A DNA stretch of 63,690 nt, counting the filler, from Welwitschia mirabilis (lineage: Eukaryota), in NCBI GenBank assembly GCA_051453625.1. It is 5 parts of one record of this genome, joined end to end, with 100 filler letters (N's around TTAATTAATTAA, not from the genome) between each part and the next. Parts side by side here need not be neighbours in the genome. Positions count along the whole stretch, not along the records: positions 59,914 to 63,690 come from JBOZIK010000001.1; 4 more parts are not named here. The stretch is one strand, 5' to 3'. The translations under genes were made by a program, and so were the position numbers. This document shows positions 62,901 through 63,690 of this stretch, one piece after another; position 1 is the first letter of the stretch, and every line of letters starts with the position of its first letter. The notes beneath the pieces were generated by a model. It had not been told where the DNA came from. It saw only the letters and a list, made by a program, of their open reading frames with translations, and searched no databases.

Positions 62901-63690
62901 TCTTCATCAGTATGTTGAAATGAGATTTGAAAAAAAGAGGAGAAAGAGTAATTAGGTTGAAAAGAAGAATGGGCCCAATCTTTATTTTCAACATGGTTTT
63001 GTGATGGTCTCCCTTTTTTAGCAAAGATTTCTTGAAGTGTTTTATTACTAATGTCCTCATCATTTGGCAATTTTCTTTTCCTTTCAGAAAGAAGTTCTAT
63101 AATGGATTTTCTATTATGATTCATTGAAACAAGAAAGAATAATAGAATAAGAGAGTTTAGATTTAAAATAATAAGGAAGATAGGTACATTATGAAGATTG
63201 AGGTTCTTGGATGGTTTAAGGTTGCTATTTCTTAATACCCTAAAAGATGTGACATTATTATTATAAATTAACTACATAGAGAAAAGAAAATATAATACTA
63301 AGATAGAAAGAAAAAAGAAAGAAATTCTAGAATTTGTGTACTTGTGTTGTGCATACCTGAATTCTTATTTGAAGTCAAATAATTCTTGCTATTTCAGTTC
63401 CTTCTTGACTGATATTTCATCTTTCTCCCAAAATTCCTTATATCCCTATATGCACAAATAGTAAACAAAAATCAGAATCAAATGCAATGAAATATAGTCC
63501 ACCTTGTTGTGGGGATGACTAGTAGGATGTTAATCATAGAAAAACTAAACTAAAAATAACAAAACTCTAGAGACTATAGAAAGATAATTATTGAAACTAA
63601 GACTATCATCCTCACTGTCTTGTGAACGATGGATAGGACGATAATTTCACTAAACTATAAATAGAAGAAAAATTGTAAAAATAGAAACTG
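59914..63690 (-). mobile_element. Internal part of a non-autonomous Athila-derived element (leader, atypical ORF region, 3' UTR)
   Basis: 59914-60821 is the reverse complement of the 3' UTR at ~52850-53660. 62900-63250 aligns with 17860-18230. The leader palindrome motifs occur at 63495-63645. Confidence 0.7.
60358..60420. repeat. (AT)n microsatellite followed by a (CTTTT)n tract
   Basis: TATATATATATATATATATAT, then TTTCTTTTCTATTCTTTTCTTTTCTTTTCTTTT. Confidence 0.85.

Overview
AT-rich, gap-ridden eukaryotic (almost certainly plant) draft-assembly sequence that is essentially a nest of old, decayed LTR retrotransposons. I see no intact host gene, RNA gene or CRISPR array, and every ORF over 200 aa in the track is an N-gap artefact. 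Most pieces are Ty3/gypsy Athila-type elements, with ~1.2-1.4 kb TGTT...AACA LTRs, a tRNA-Asp-type PBS (TGGCGCCGTTGCCGGGGA-like), a GGGGCTA PPT, and stop-riddled gag, protease, RT (FMDD), RNase H and integrase remnants. The best-resolved structure is a three-layer nest at about 1-13.8 kb. A minus-strand Athila gag-protease element is split by a non-coding, Copia-type (tRNA-iMet PBS, AAGGGGAAGAT PPT) LARD-like element with ~2.4 kb LTRs and an AAGGC TSD (2977-11485). That element in turn carries an Athila solo LTR with an AATTA TSD (3024-4668). Other notable items are gag-protease-only and internally deleted non-autonomous derivatives, LTRs abutting LTR termini, a recurring ~30 bp palindromic motif in LTRs and leaders, a degenerate ~62 bp tandem array, and strong CG/CHG deamination decay. 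Assembly artefacts are common: four 44N-TTAATTAATTAA-44N spacers and many duplicated flanks around 100-N gaps. I found no support for a novel protein-coding system here. All identifications come from manual reading and translation, with no database searches.
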